DNA from: Shigella phage vb_GEC_SH_GT
Length of the DNA: 64,000 nt
Sequence record: OR887633
Strand: one strand, 5' to 3'
Shown here in pieces: positions 39,839-49,943 of the stretch (the stretch's first letter is position 1; every line of letters starts with the position of its first letter). Under the pieces are notes generated by a model. That model made no database searches, was not told the origin of the DNA, and saw nothing but the letters and a program-made list of their open reading frames with translations. Made by a program: the position numbers and the translations under genes.

Positions 39839-40761
39839 TTTAGTACCTCAATAGCATTACGTAAACCATTTGCTTTGGCGGTTAAAGTCTTAATAACTTT
39901 AGTATGCTCTTCAATCTGTTTTTCAACTTCAATCAAACGGGCACTGAGATATTCGCGTTCTTCTTTCATAGTATCATTCCCATGATTGTGCTTTGGTGTA
40001 GGTTTAAATTTACTAGGGTCCTTTAACTTAATAACAACTTTAGTTTCAAACAGTGAAAGACCATAATTCGTATTATCATCAAAGGATTCAACTACGTCCA
40101 TTTTAGACAATAACGTACGAAGATTATAAGTCAAAGAACGAATCGTTTTATTATGTTTATTAGCTTCACATGGTTTCATATATGGAAGATTTTTATATAT
40201 TTCATGTGGAGCACAAACAATAATTGACAATTCAAATGGTCCATTCTGTGATGATGGAATGAATTTAGCCGTAACCCAATCTTTTACATTTACATTAATA
40301 GTACGGTCATCGCCATGACAAAACAGTCTACGAGAATGCTTAAAAAGCATATTCACATTATTATTGAATTCATGTGAAAACTCACTAGCAAATTTTTCTT
40401 TACTATTTTTAGAAAACCATTCTTCTAAATAAGTTCTTTTCACGTCATTAATAATATTAAATGTAACAACACTAGCATTTGATACATTAGTCTCAATGTA
40501 GTTTGGATACATAAATTTTTTAACATTATTGACAGCTATCACAGAAGATAGTAATCGGGAACGTTTGAACCACTCTAGCAAAGAACCAAGAGAATGTGAA
40601 TACGCATTTTGTGTATCTTTACAAATATGGTTTTCCCATCCAATATAGTCTAAAAAATCACGAAGAATATTATTGATTACTGCTCTATGTCCTATCTGAT
40701 AATTACGATGTTTAGTAATAAGACTGTCAAAATAATCAATATAATGTTTACGAGTTTTCAT
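39835..40761 (-). CDS. coiled-coil-tailed array protein A (308 aa)
   Basis: ~260 aa globular part plus ~45 aa C-terminal heptad-like helix; first of four similar-architecture ORFs. Confidence 0.55.
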   Translation of the reverse strand: MKTRKHYIDYFDSLITKHRNYQIGHRAVINNILRDFLDYIGWENHICKDTQNAYSHSLGSLLEWFKRSRLLSSVIAVNNVKKFMYPNYIETNVSNASVVTFNIINDVKRTYLEEWFSKNSKEKFASEFSHEFNNNVNMLFKHSRRLFCHGDDRTINVNVKDWVTAKFIPSSQNGPFELSIIVCAPHEIYKNLPYMKPCEANKHNKTIRSLTYNLRTLLSKMDVVESFDDNTNYGLSLFETKVVIKLKDPSKFKPTPKHNHGNDTMKEEREYLSARLIEVEKQIEEHTKVIKTLTAKANGLRNAIEVLK

Positions 40762-40813
40762 GTTCTTCTCACTTGGTTAATGATTTATACTCCGAGCCAT
40801 CCTTGGCTTTAAA

Positions 40814-41815
40814 TTACTTAATTAGCTGTAAAGCTTGTTCAAGACGATCCAGACGATTAACAGATTCTTCCCAAATCCTTTTAGCCTTCTCATATTCTTT
40901 CTGCGCTTTATTAGAAATTTCTAGAACTTCTTTATAAGCTTTTTCTAGTGCAATAACTTCTGGACGAATTTCTATCGGTTCAGGCGAATCGTCAAGACAT
41001 TCCATTAGTTCTTCAAGGGTAGTTTCTTCTTTAGGAGTATTCACAATTTCATCACATTTTTGTTGGTAAATTTCTTTATCAGTCGGTGAGTACGTACGTT
41101 TCACTTCACGGAGGCTAATTATAATTTTATATCCTTCCCAACCACACATATTTTTGAAAGGATATGTATGAATACTTTTTACGGTTTCCATACAGCCCAA
41201 AGCCGCCTCTAATTGATAAGTTATAGTGCTAGCAATTGAGAAAAATTTATTAATATTCTTTTGGTTAGCGTTTGGTGTAAAAAATCCATAATTCACAAAA
41301 ATAGCTACTTTATTTTTATCAAGCTCATATTCTTTTACGATAATCATATCAGAAGCCAAAGGATGAATTTGACGATAATTGCCATAACATAATTTAGAAG
41401 CTGATTTTAGAATTTGTCCTTTGAAAAGTCTGAAATTACTAATCCAACGACGAGTAAAAATATTCTCAGGGTCTTCTTTATTATTAAGATGATAAGAATT
41501 AACATCACCGAACCAATTATATCCTACTACATCTTTAGTTCGTTTAATTTCTTTCCCAAATTTACCAAGAATATCTCTGTTGACTAAGTATGAAAGAAGA
41601 CGAGACCCTTTAAAGGTTTTCTTAATGTCATCTTTATCTGTACGACTAGAAATTTCACGAACTTCGTGAATAAATCTGCTGGAAGAAACAATGCTTACAT
41701 CAATATTATTGAGCCATTGATTGATAATAGAAAGAACACTATTCTGACTAGACTTAGGTTTAACTTTATCATCAATAACACTGTTGAATGATTTGATATA
41801 TTCGTTACGAGTCAT
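40814..41815 (-). CDS. coiled-coil-tailed array protein B
   Basis: Start trimmed to MTRNEY (track start lies inside early promoter 41844..41873); SD GAGGAG; C-terminal coiled coil. Confidence 0.55.
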   Translation of the reverse strand: MTRNEYIKSFNSVIDDKVKPKSSQNSVLSIINQWLNNIDVSIVSSSRFIHEVREISSRTDKDDIKKTFKGSRLLSYLVNRDILGKFGKEIKRTKDVVGYNWFGDVNSYHLNNKEDPENIFTRRWISNFRLFKGQILKSASKLCYGNYRQIHPLASDMIIVKEYELDKNKVAIFVNYGFFTPNANQKNINKFFSIASTITYQLEAALGCMETVKSIHTYPFKNMCGWEGYKIIISLREVKRTYSPTDKEIYQQKCDEIVNTPKEETTLEELMECLDDSPEPIEIRPEVIALEKAYKEVLEISNKAQKEYEKAKRIWEESVNRLDRLEQALQLIK

Positions 41816-41843
41816 ATTAATCTCCTCAGTAGAAAGTAAGAAC

Positions 41844-41873
41844 ATTATACCACATCCTTGTGGTAAAGTAAAC
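41844..41873 (-). promoter_or_regulatory. T4-type early promoter inside the coiled-coil array
   Basis: Minus strand GTTTAC...TGTGGTATAATG. Confidence 0.55.
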
Positions 41874-42901
41874 TAGTTCAGTGCATTTAGTGCATTGTTC
41901 AGTTTAGAACGTTGCTTCGTGAGATTTTTGACTTTTTCTTGAGCTTTTTCTAGCATCTTTTCAGCTTCTAGCACTTCATTAGTTGCTTTAACGAGTTCAT
42001 CATCTACTGCCTTGATAGACTTCTCAATCGCATCGGCATGCCATTTTTCAACAGGTTTAAGACTCGGATTTTCAACAGGAAGAAAATTCACTTTATTGAA
42101 TTTCCATGCATCCTTATTACCTGAACTATACATCCAAAATTTAGGATCGTTTGATGAGTAATTGGATAAATTTAAATTTAAGTTATCTTGCACTTCTTGC
42201 TTTTTCTCTTGTGTAACTTCGTCCTTTCTCAAAAAATCGTATTTAAATGAAACGATCATATCAAGTTCATATGTTGTTGTGTCTAATTTAAATCGTTCAA
42301 AACGAGGTAAAATCTTAGACTGAACAGCGGCAACAACATCCATATACTTAAATGCTTCTGTCAACTGCGATTTAAGGCATTCGCAAATTGAAAGAGAATT
42401 TTTTGTATTAGGTTTAAAGCTAATTCGTGCAGTTCTATTATTTTCTTTTAATGGTCTTACTTCCATCTGAAGAGTATAACCATCAAATTTCAGATTCTTT
42501 AAGTTAATATCAGAACCTTTTAATCGACTCGCAGTTGATAAAATTTGCTTTAATTGTCTACGGAACAGAGCAATAAATCTCCATTCAATACGATAATGAT
42601 TTGGATTGAAGAATCCAGATGATAAATCGACCTTACTTTGACCAACGCCTTGAACAAATAGAGGATTTTTATAATCAATAGTTTTACAGAAATCGGTGAG
42701 CTGCTCACGGGCCGTCATTTGTGTAATATACCCTGCTTTACTAAAATTACGCACCCATTCACTGCTATTCGTATACTTAAAGTGATGAATAACACGATTA
42801 ACTTTATCAGGGTCTAAATTATTTTCACACAAAAATGTCATAACATCACGAGTATAGCTGGCATTACGAACCATATCTTCAATTTGAGAACGAGTTTTCA
42901 T
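41873..42901 (-). CDS. coiled-coil-tailed array protein C (342 aa)
   Basis: N-terminus MKTR like protein A; C-terminal coiled coil. Confidence 0.55.
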   Translation of the reverse strand: MKTRSQIEDMVRNASYTRDVMTFLCENNLDPDKVNRVIHHFKYTNSSEWVRNFSKAGYITQMTAREQLTDFCKTIDYKNPLFVQGVGQSKVDLSSGFFNPNHYRIEWRFIALFRRQLKQILSTASRLKGSDINLKNLKFDGYTLQMEVRPLKENNRTARISFKPNTKNSLSICECLKSQLTEAFKYMDVVAAVQSKILPRFERFKLDTTTYELDMIVSFKYDFLRKDEVTQEKKQEVQDNLNLNLSNYSSNDPKFWMYSSGNKDAWKFNKVNFLPVENPSLKPVEKWHADAIEKSIKAVDDELVKATNEVLEAEKMLEKAQEKVKNLTKQRSKLNNALNALN

Positions 42902-42909
42902 GGTATTCC

Positions 42910-43800
42910 TTAAGATTTAAGTAAATCAACGATTTTAATTAACTTTTCACGCTCAGATTTAGCTTTACTACTCAATCCAGATAGTCTGAAAATTTCATCG
43001 TCATATTGTTGAATAGAAATATTCAGCTCTTCAATTTGCTTATTAAAATAATCAATTTGTTCAGAATGTTTTTCGTTACTACGAACTGGTACAGGTTTTG
43101 TAGGCAATTTAGTTGAACTGGATTCATCCGGGCGATAAATTAAAATACAACTTGAACCAATAGGGCATTTTGCACCAGATGAATATTCTAATGTTCCAGC
43201 TTCTTTTAAAACTTCAAAAGCCAAACAGAGATGATGCCCCATATTAACATAATCTGTAGAGTGAGCTCTGATGTAATAATCATCTCCGCGAATACTGAAT
43301 TTAAAGCATTTAAGGTCTTCTGTATTATTGGTCTTAAAAATCATTTGTTTATCTAGACCTTTAGCTAATCGAGCGCCTAATGCTAATAATCGTCGTTGAT
43401 TTTCCCACAAATCCGTTATCATTTGATCGAATGATAATTTTGGCATTAGTCGACCATAAAGGTCATATCCTTTATTATAATTACGAAGAATTTCACTCGC
43501 ATTAATACGAGACAACGCTCCAATTTTATTAAGGGCTTTCATAATGCGATTAGATAAACTCATTCCAGACCCGGTTGTTCGCTGCAAATGTTTTTCTAAT
43601 CCAAATCCAATATCAACTTTAAACTTATCTAAAATTTCTGCATGAACATCTTTGTCGATAACATTCAAATCCAAAGTTGGGTTAAATCTATGAAAAAATT
43701 TATCTGGCTCTCCACGGCGAAGTACAGTCCATTCATTCATCATTTTTTTATTAACTAATGATTTAATTACTGCATTGACATTATTAATTACTACTGACAT
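42910..43800 (-). CDS. coiled-coil-tailed array protein D
   Basis: Start trimmed to MSVVINN after SD GAGG; C-terminal coiled coil. Confidence 0.55.
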   Translation of the reverse strand: MSVVINNVNAVIKSLVNKKMMNEWTVLRRGEPDKFFHRFNPTLDLNVIDKDVHAEILDKFKVDIGFGLEKHLQRTTGSGMSLSNRIMKALNKIGALSRINASEILRNYNKGYDLYGRLMPKLSFDQMITDLWENQRRLLALGARLAKGLDKQMIFKTNNTEDLKCFKFSIRGDDYYIRAHSTDYVNMGHHLCLAFEVLKEAGTLEYSSGAKCPIGSSCILIYRPDESSSTKLPTKPVPVRSNEKHSEQIDYFNKQIEELNISIQQYDDEIFRLSGLSSKAKSEREKLIKIVDLLKS

Positions 43801-43807
43801 ATTTTCC

Positions 43808-44215
43808 TCACTCAATTTCAATTTTACTAAATACACAGAATATGATTGAACAGACTACATAAGCGCCACACACGGATTGAACTAATACCATCCCAAAGAA
43901 CCAAACAATATTATCAAACAGTGTCTGTTTTACGTCGAAAGGACGTAAACTTACAGTAATATTATCACCCTTTTCTATTGAAGAATACATCTCTGGGGAA
44001 ATATATTCACTAAATCTATAACCGTCTTTGAGTTCATATACGGCAATAAACGATAAACTAGACCCTTTTCCTTGTGTTCCTGTAATGGTATTAACTACAG
44101 TAACATCATAATCTTTATAATGCATATAATCATTAATTGCGTAATAACCGTATGCAACTACTACACATAAACAACATATCAATAAATTCAATCTTTTAAT
44201 TATCAACTGTTTCAT
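43808..44215 (-). CDS. membrane protein (135 aa)
   Basis: N-terminal and C-terminal hydrophobic helices. Confidence 0.5.
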   Translation of the reverse strand: MKQLIIKRLNLLICCLCVVVAYGYYAINDYMHYKDYDVTVVNTITGTQGKGSSLSFIAVYELKDGYRFSEYISPEMYSSIEKGDNITVSLRPFDVKQTLFDNIVWFFGMVLVQSVCGAYVVCSIIFCVFSKIEIE

Positions 44216-44270
44216 AATAATCTCAATTAAAAGGGCTTAGAACCATTATACCATCCTTGGTATAAAGCGG

Positions 44271-44798
44271 TTATGCGAGTACCGTCTTTAACCGTTCTTC
44301 AAACTTCCGAAGAGTATTTTGGCGTTCAGCTCTTTGCTTTTTGTAAGTTTCAATACGCTCTGAAATGAGAGTGTATCGTTCATTTACTGATTCTTTCATA
44401 AAATCAGGAATTTCACGAGAAGCTTTAATCTCATCAAATTTATCAATAACAGCTTGCTCTTCAGCAATTAAGTTATCATACATTAAAATATCTTTCTTGA
44501 TGAACTCAATATCTTCTTGAGTTACACGAGACATTTTAGATGCTTTATCCTTTTTGTACTGTTCGTTAGTATCACGAGACCAATGTAATGTACGATTTTT
44601 ATTCGTATTCTTGTAAATTTCTACAATACCAATCTCATCAATAATAACGATCCAATTCCAACGGGATTTGTAAATTTGTCCTCCATCAACAGTGATTTCA
44701 CCTCCGATTGAGATGTCATTAAAGAACTTGCTTTGTGCTTCAGATTTAAATTTACCATCGTTGTAATTTACCAAGTTAAAAATATCTTTAGCGTTCAT
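44271..44798 (-). CDS. hypothetical protein (175 aa)
   Basis: Own early promoter 44814..44846; helical C-terminus. Confidence 0.5.
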   Translation of the reverse strand: MNAKDIFNLVNYNDGKFKSEAQSKFFNDISIGGEITVDGGQIYKSRWNWIVIIDEIGIVEIYKNTNKNRTLHWSRDTNEQYKKDKASKMSRVTQEDIEFIKKDILMYDNLIAEEQAVIDKFDEIKASREIPDFMKESVNERYTLISERIETYKKQRAERQNTLRKFEERLKTVLA

Positions 44799-44813
44799 TT
44801 TCTGTTCCTCCGT

Positions 44814-44846
44814 AGTTGATAGTTGTATAGTACCACAGAGGAACAG
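44814..44846 (-). promoter_or_regulatory. T4-type early promoter (cassette)
   Basis: Minus strand GTTTAC...TGGTACTATACAAC. Confidence 0.55.
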
Positions 44847-44858
44847 TCTTGTAAACCA

Positions 44859-45173
44859 CTAAAAGAAACTTCTTTCACAATTTTTTCCACTGAACCATGC
44901 GCTCACTGCTTTCTTAGTCTCAGGAGCAGTGTTATCCATAAACCATTCAAAGGCAGCCTTTTTATGATTCTGGAGGGCTTCTCGGGCTTTAATCTGCTCA
45001 CGGTCTATTAACACTAACATATGAGCCTTTCTTGTCACCATGGGCTTCTTATGATTTTTTGAATATTCCCAATCATTTGTCCATCGCATCGTTGTTGCGA
45101 ATTGAAGTACAGCTTCTTTAATTTTAGTTTCGTAAATTTCACGAGCCTTTGAGTATAACATCACTACCTCCAT
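44859..45173 (-). CDS. hypothetical protein (104 aa)
   Basis: ORF. Confidence 0.45.
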   Translation of the reverse strand: MEVVMLYSKAREIYETKIKEAVLQFATTMRWTNDWEYSKNHKKPMVTRKAHMLVLIDREQIKAREALQNHKKAAFEWFMDNTAPETKKAVSAWFSGKNCERSFF

Positions 45174-45262
45174 TTACCAGTTTAATTCTAGTCATCTTTT
45201 TAATGGCAGTCCATATAATCTATTTCTGAACTGCCTTTTTGTCATAGAAGTCCTCTTATGAA

Positions 45263-46231
45263 TTATTTCAGAAGAGTAACCTCAGCGATTTCTTCCCAAC
45301 CGTTTTTGTCGGTCATAATAAAGTCAGCAAGATAAAGTGCAGTACGCAGTGAAACATTACGTAAACGGTTAACATTGACTTTCATCCATGATAATGCTTT
45401 GTAAGTTTCTTCATCAGAAAGACCGCGTTTTTGCATCATGTCGGTTGAAAGAATAACATCTTCAACCCTGACCATAATTTCTTCATTAGTGTGAACACCC
45501 AAATCTAAATAAACTGAGCGGGACACTAATGCTTGTAAATGTGGAGCAAGTTTAGTACCACGGTCTAATTCGCGGTCAATGTCAACGTTTGTGATAAAAA
45601 CAATCGTTCCTTTAAATTCAAACTCACGCTCAATGCCTTTTTCTTCTAAGTAAGAAGATGCAGTGCTCCAGCAGACTTTACGGGTCTCTCCAGTGTCCAG
45701 AGCAGCTTTCAGAAGATTAAGAATGTCCATATCAGAGAAAACATCCACATCATCAATCAAAAGGACAGAATTCTCTTCACGATTATTCCAAAGCTGTTCA
45801 TAAAGACCGATACCGGAGATTTTACCGTTAATGCTTTTATATTCAATGTATCCATTGTCATTTGCTTTATTTAAAGCTTTATCTAAAGAATACGTTTTAC
45901 CAATACCCGCCGCACCAGAGATAATTAATGAACGAATGTTTCCGTTAATAATACCATTCGTCATCATTCCCATAACATTAAATCTTTTATTAATGCGGGT
46001 TTTCATATCTTCATATGATTCTTTAACTTCTTCAACTTTTACACCATCATATGAAATGTCTGATTTGTAAACCCAAACACCACGACGTTTACCGTCAATT
46101 TCAACAAAAACTTTACCATCTCCTTGTGCATCTACCGGAGCATTATCCGGGAACCATTCGCCTAAGAGCTCAAAAGTTCCAGAGATTTCTTTACCGAAGT
46201 AGATACCCTTATTGATAGTTACAGTTTTCAT
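45263..46231 (-). CDS. P-loop NTPase (AAA-like)
   Basis: Start trimmed from TTG artefact; Walker A GAAGIGKT and Walker B VLLIDDVD; early promoter 46264..46295. Confidence 0.6.
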   Translation of the reverse strand: MKTVTINKGIYFGKEISGTFELLGEWFPDNAPVDAQGDGKVFVEIDGKRRGVWVYKSDISYDGVKVEEVKESYEDMKTRINKRFNVMGMMTNGIINGNIRSLIISGAAGIGKTYSLDKALNKANDNGYIEYKSINGKISGIGLYEQLWNNREENSVLLIDDVDVFSDMDILNLLKAALDTGETRKVCWSTASSYLEEKGIEREFEFKGTIVFITNVDIDRELDRGTKLAPHLQALVSRSVYLDLGVHTNEEIMVRVEDVILSTDMMQKRGLSDEETYKALSWMKVNVNRLRNVSLRTALYLADFIMTDKNGWEEIAEVTLLK

Positions 46232-46263
46232 TTTATTCTCCAAATCCGTATCAGTTGATAGAT

Positions 46264-46295
46264 GTATAGTACCATAAAGCTTTATGCTTGTAAAC
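46264..46295 (-). promoter_or_regulatory. T4-type early promoter (repeated cassette copy)
   Basis: Minus strand GTTTAC...TACTATACAT; leader identical over 37 nt to the copy at 19381..19420. Confidence 0.6.
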
Positions 46296-46320
46296 AGTTT
46301 TGTGAAAAATTTTTGAAATA

Positions 46321-46343
46321 AAAAAGGGAGCCCGAAGGCTCCC
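46321..46343 (-). terminator. intrinsic terminator with UUCG tetraloop
   Basis: GGGAGCC-UUCG-GGCUCCC followed by UUUUU. Confidence 0.7.
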
Positions 46344-46345
46344 TA

Positions 46346-47392
46346 TCATTTATAATAACTTCGGTGGTTTTCAAGATAGACCTTCTCAAGGAAGTCATCC
46401 CAGAAACTCATGTCTACTTTTTGCTGCATACCGTTCTTAGAAGCTTCAGTAGATGCTGCTTCTACTTGATCGACCACATCTTCCAAAAACTCTTGAACCG
46501 TTTTAAATGGATGTTTACCCAACTTCACGTCGAGAATAAATGGAGCATCTTTGAGTGGATAAACCAAGTCACCAGTTTTGTAAATTTCCAATAGTTGAAG
46601 TCCACCACGACAAGCATGGCTCAAAGCTTTCCAGTCAATACCTTCGTTGGCTTCGGCCTTACGAGCACGTTCACCGTATTCAGCATCTAATTTGTTCAGT
46701 GACTGCTTAAGTTCAATAAGAGAAAGCGTTGTCTGATATTTACGACCCAACACAGTGTAGAACGTTTGTGGGCCTGTTTTCTCATGATTATGGAACACCC
46801 ATTCACAGAATTCGTTTTCTGGAAGACGATGCTTAATATCTTCAACTTTAGTACGACGCTGCTTAATAGAACCATCTTCTTGGTAATCAATCCATTGCTC
46901 AGGGATTTGATTAACTACTTTCAATACATCACGTAATGCAGCCAAACGAGAACCCTTGACGCCATATTTAGAAGCTTGCTTACGGACATATCCTAAATAG
47001 GATTTCATGTTAGTCGTATAAAAACGAGAACGGTTGTCTTGAATAAACTTCCACACATCAGGCAAATCAGATTTAACCACTAGTTCAGGTGGAGTGTGAA
47101 GCATATCCAATGCTACGGTTTCACCATCTGCTGCTAATTTAAAGAAATATTTAAGACTGTATAGTTCATGGTCAATATCATCTTTAGTGTTTTTAGATGA
47201 TGTGTTGTTAGTGTTTTTGCTCATATGCTCTTTGACATTTCCGATAAGAATATCGCGAGCAGGAGGAACAAAGATTTCTTTAAAATCTACATCAGATTCT
47301 GGGGTAGAAGTTCCATAAAGATGACTACCAAAATAAGACTTAACTACAGTTTTCATTATTAGACCTTTCATAATCTTCATTAAATTGTACAA
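46346..47392 (-). CDS. Pol-beta superfamily nucleotidyltransferase-like protein
   Basis: 348 aa; N-terminal GS-x10-DVD motif (GSHLYGTSTPESDVDF); start may be an internal Met. Confidence 0.6.
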   Translation of the reverse strand: MYNLMKIMKGLIMKTVVKSYFGSHLYGTSTPESDVDFKEIFVPPARDILIGNVKEHMSKNTNNTSSKNTKDDIDHELYSLKYFFKLAADGETVALDMLHTPPELVVKSDLPDVWKFIQDNRSRFYTTNMKSYLGYVRKQASKYGVKGSRLAALRDVLKVVNQIPEQWIDYQEDGSIKQRRTKVEDIKHRLPENEFCEWVFHNHEKTGPQTFYTVLGRKYQTTLSLIELKQSLNKLDAEYGERARKAEANEGIDWKALSHACRGGLQLLEIYKTGDLVYPLKDAPFILDVKLGKHPFKTVQEFLEDVVDQVEAASTEASKNGMQQKVDMSFWDDFLEKVYLENHRSYYK

Positions 47393-48119
47393 TCAATCGA
47401 TGATAATTAGATTTTGGATATCCTAATTTACTTATATAAGTTCCGAATGACCCACGTTTAGGTCTATTTAATTTAATCCATAACTTATAAAGTAAGTCAT
47501 AGTCTTGCCAATGTTTACCAGTTCTTTGTCTAATTTTAGATGAATTTGATTGTTTCTTTTTAGTTTCAAAATTATTCAAAGATTTTTTGACTGCAGCAGA
47601 GTGTTTTTCTTTAACTCCCGGCCGTTTAAAAGCAGCTTTCACCCCTTTAGATATTTTTTCTTTAACTTCCGGTTTGTTTTGTGCTTCTAACTGGGATTCT
47701 GAAATTTTAGCCCTTATTTCAGGAAGACTTAATGTTATCGAACGTTTTTCTCTGTATTCATTAGACTTCCACATTTCTTTCATTGTATTAGAATGTATTT
47801 TTGAAAATTTTTCTCTAACTAACTGATATCCTCTTGAAGTTAATTTGAGATTTCTTCCTAAAGAATCTTCTCCAAAATTATAAAATGACCACCATGCATA
47901 AATTAATCCAGGCGAATTATAATGAATTTTAGCTAAAAGCCAATGGGCTATAAAATGCTCTCTAGCTGTTAATAAAACTAGATTATCAGAATCATCATTA
48001 CCACCAATACAAGATGGAATAATATGATGCTTTTCCGTATAAAAATTTAATTTAGATTTATCTAATTTTCTGAGTTTTCCTTTCTTAATTAAATTATTAT
48101 ATACTTTAGTATAATTCAT
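47340..48119 (-). CDS. free-standing HNH homing endonuclease (MobD-like)
   Basis: 259 aa; EKHHIIPSC...NLVLLTAREHFIAH; N-terminus paralogous to ORF 25678..26394. Confidence 0.75.
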   Translation of the reverse strand: MNYTKVYNNLIKKGKLRKLDKSKLNFYTEKHHIIPSCIGGNDDSDNLVLLTAREHFIAHWLLAKIHYNSPGLIYAWWSFYNFGEDSLGRNLKLTSRGYQLVREKFSKIHSNTMKEMWKSNEYREKRSITLSLPEIRAKISESQLEAQNKPEVKEKISKGVKAAFKRPGVKEKHSAAVKKSLNNFETKKKQSNSSKIRQRTGKHWQDYDLLYKLWIKLNRPKRGSFGTYISKLGYPKSNYHRLIVQFNEDYERSNNENCS

Positions 48120-48193
48120 TGGTTCTTCGTCTCATTTAATTTTGCTTTGCATTTATAACACATGTCTGTTCCACTTGAAATAAACATATTTCC

Positions 48194-48727
48194 TCACTTT
48201 GAAATCATAGTTGGAATAACAGAATCAAGATAAGTCTTTAGTGCAATAGCTTCGTCTTTGGTAAATGTGACAATATGTGCTCGAAAATCATCAATTTGAC
48301 GAATAGTTAAGACATCTCCATCTTCATAACATTTTGATACGTTTAAAACAGTTTCATCATTCTGATTACAGGAGTTAGTAATAATAGCATTACATTTTTT
48401 AAACCATTTTAAATTATGTTTTCTTTTAGTAGAATCATAAAAATATTTAATGTTAGTTATAAAATTATCCCAATTATTAATTGATAAGCACATTGACTCG
48501 CTTTTAATATTAAATCCTGGGCATGAAGAATAAAAATGAATTTTATGCTCATCATTAATGCTTACAATTTTATCAGTGTAAGGTTTTTCAATTTGGGTTA
48601 AATGAATAATTTCGCTAGGCGTAAAATATAGCATATCGTCTTCTTGCGTCAAACGATACATATTATTTACTTTTTCTATAGCCAATTCACCAAAAAGTGA
48701 ACTAACTTCTAATACTAATCGTTTCAT
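48194..48727 (-). CDS. hypothetical protein (177 aa)
   Basis: ORF. Confidence 0.5.
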   Translation of the reverse strand: MKRLVLEVSSLFGELAIEKVNNMYRLTQEDDMLYFTPSEIIHLTQIEKPYTDKIVSINDEHKIHFYSSCPGFNIKSESMCLSINNWDNFITNIKYFYDSTKRKHNLKWFKKCNAIITNSCNQNDETVLNVSKCYEDGDVLTIRQIDDFRAHIVTFTKDEAIALKTYLDSVIPTMISK

Positions 48728-48728
48728 A

Positions 48729-49007
48729 TTAATCCTTTTTATTTGCGCTGATTTGTTCTAAAATTTTAGAGTATTCCTTTGTATCAGATTTACGTACAAT
48801 TGATACACTATAAGGCATACTATCGGTGTCTTTTATAAAGCGTTCCAAATGACACTCTAACAAAATTTCTGGATTATAAATCGTGTACATCAAATTACCT
48901 GTTGCTCCACGATATTGGCAGATTTCTACTGATTGAACACCATTCCATAATTTTGTTAAAACTAAGTCACCTACTTCTAATTTAGGAAAACTCATATTAT
49001 TCACCAA
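48729..49007 (-). CDS. hypothetical protein (92 aa)
   Basis: ORF. Confidence 0.45.
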   Translation of the reverse strand: MVNNMSFPKLEVGDLVLTKLWNGVQSVEICQYRGATGNLMYTIYNPEILLECHLERFIKDTDSMPYSVSIVRKSDTKEYSKILEQISANKKD

Positions 49008-49179
49008 TTAAAGTTTCAACAAAATTCACTAAATCGTTCTGACGAGCGTCAACCTGTTTTTCATAGAAATCAGCAGCGCCATCATTTACTGCGTGATAAG
49101 CCACATCATTTAAATCGGTATCGGCTTCACGTAAGTCATGAATAAGGTCCATCAACTTATTGGCTTGTTCACGGGTCAT
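48997..49179 (-). CDS. small acidic helical protein, TREQ family member
   Basis: 60 aa MTREQANKLMDLIHDL...; early promoter 49314..49341. Confidence 0.45.
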   Translation of the reverse strand: MTREQANKLMDLIHDLREADTDLNDVAYHAVNDGAADFYEKQVDARQNDLVNFVETLIGE

Positions 49180-49313
49180 TACATACTCCTTTGAATCATA
49201 TCAATAATATTGTTCACCAGATTATAGGTAAACAAAGGATAATTATATTGAATCATCACATACACAACAAACAAAATTTTCATTCTCTTCTCCCCAGCAG
49301 TTGACAAGATTAT

Positions 49314-49341
49314 GGTATAGTAATCTTGTCAACTTGTAAAC
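49314..49341 (-). promoter_or_regulatory. T4-type early promoter
   Basis: Minus strand GTTTACAAGTTGACAAGATTACTATACCA. Confidence 0.55.
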
Positions 49342-49506
49342 CATTAAATGACGTTTTCAATAAAATTTTGAAGCTTTGTGTGAGCATCAACCATGATTTT
49401 CATTTCTTCTTTGGCGAAAGCTGTACCTCTTTCCCGAGCAGAATACTCATAGTCAGAAACTGCATTAGCATATTCTTCAATTAGCTTCATTAAAAACATC
49501 TGCTTT

Positions 49507-49701
49507 TCAGTTTTCATTATTCCACCTAATCATTTCAAGATATTGAACTAACTTAGCTTTAGATTTATCCAAATCCTTTTTAGCTGCTTCTATACCGTCG
49601 TATGAATATCCTTCACAATGCTCAACTGCTAATTGATATGAATCTATTTCAATATCACGTGCTAATTTAATGATTTTTTCAAACTGTTCACGTGTTAGCA
49701 T
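49507..49701 (-). CDS. small acidic helical protein, TREQ family member
   Basis: 64 aa MLTREQFEKIIKLARDI... Confidence 0.45.
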   Translation of the reverse strand: MLTREQFEKIIKLARDIEIDSYQLAVEHCEGYSYDGIEAAKKDLDKSKAKLVQYLEMIRWNNEN

Positions 49702-49703
49702 AA

Positions 49704-49943
49704 TTAAACTCTCGTATTATGATCGATAATTTCATCAAGAAACATATCTAACGCTTCTAAAGCATTATCAACTTTAGCTTCAAGTTCATCAATGCCTTTA
49801 TTTGCAATGCCTGACGAAAACCAAGCAAAGTCACTAAGTTCCTCGTCTGCTTTACGAATTAAAGCTACCAATTCCTTAATTTTATCCGCTTGTTCGATAC
49901 TAATCATTATTCCACCACATATGAAAGAGAGAATATTGCACAC
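49704..49943 (-). CDS. small acidic helical protein, TREQ family member
   Basis: 79 aa; ...[19 protein letters not shown]... Confidence 0.45.
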
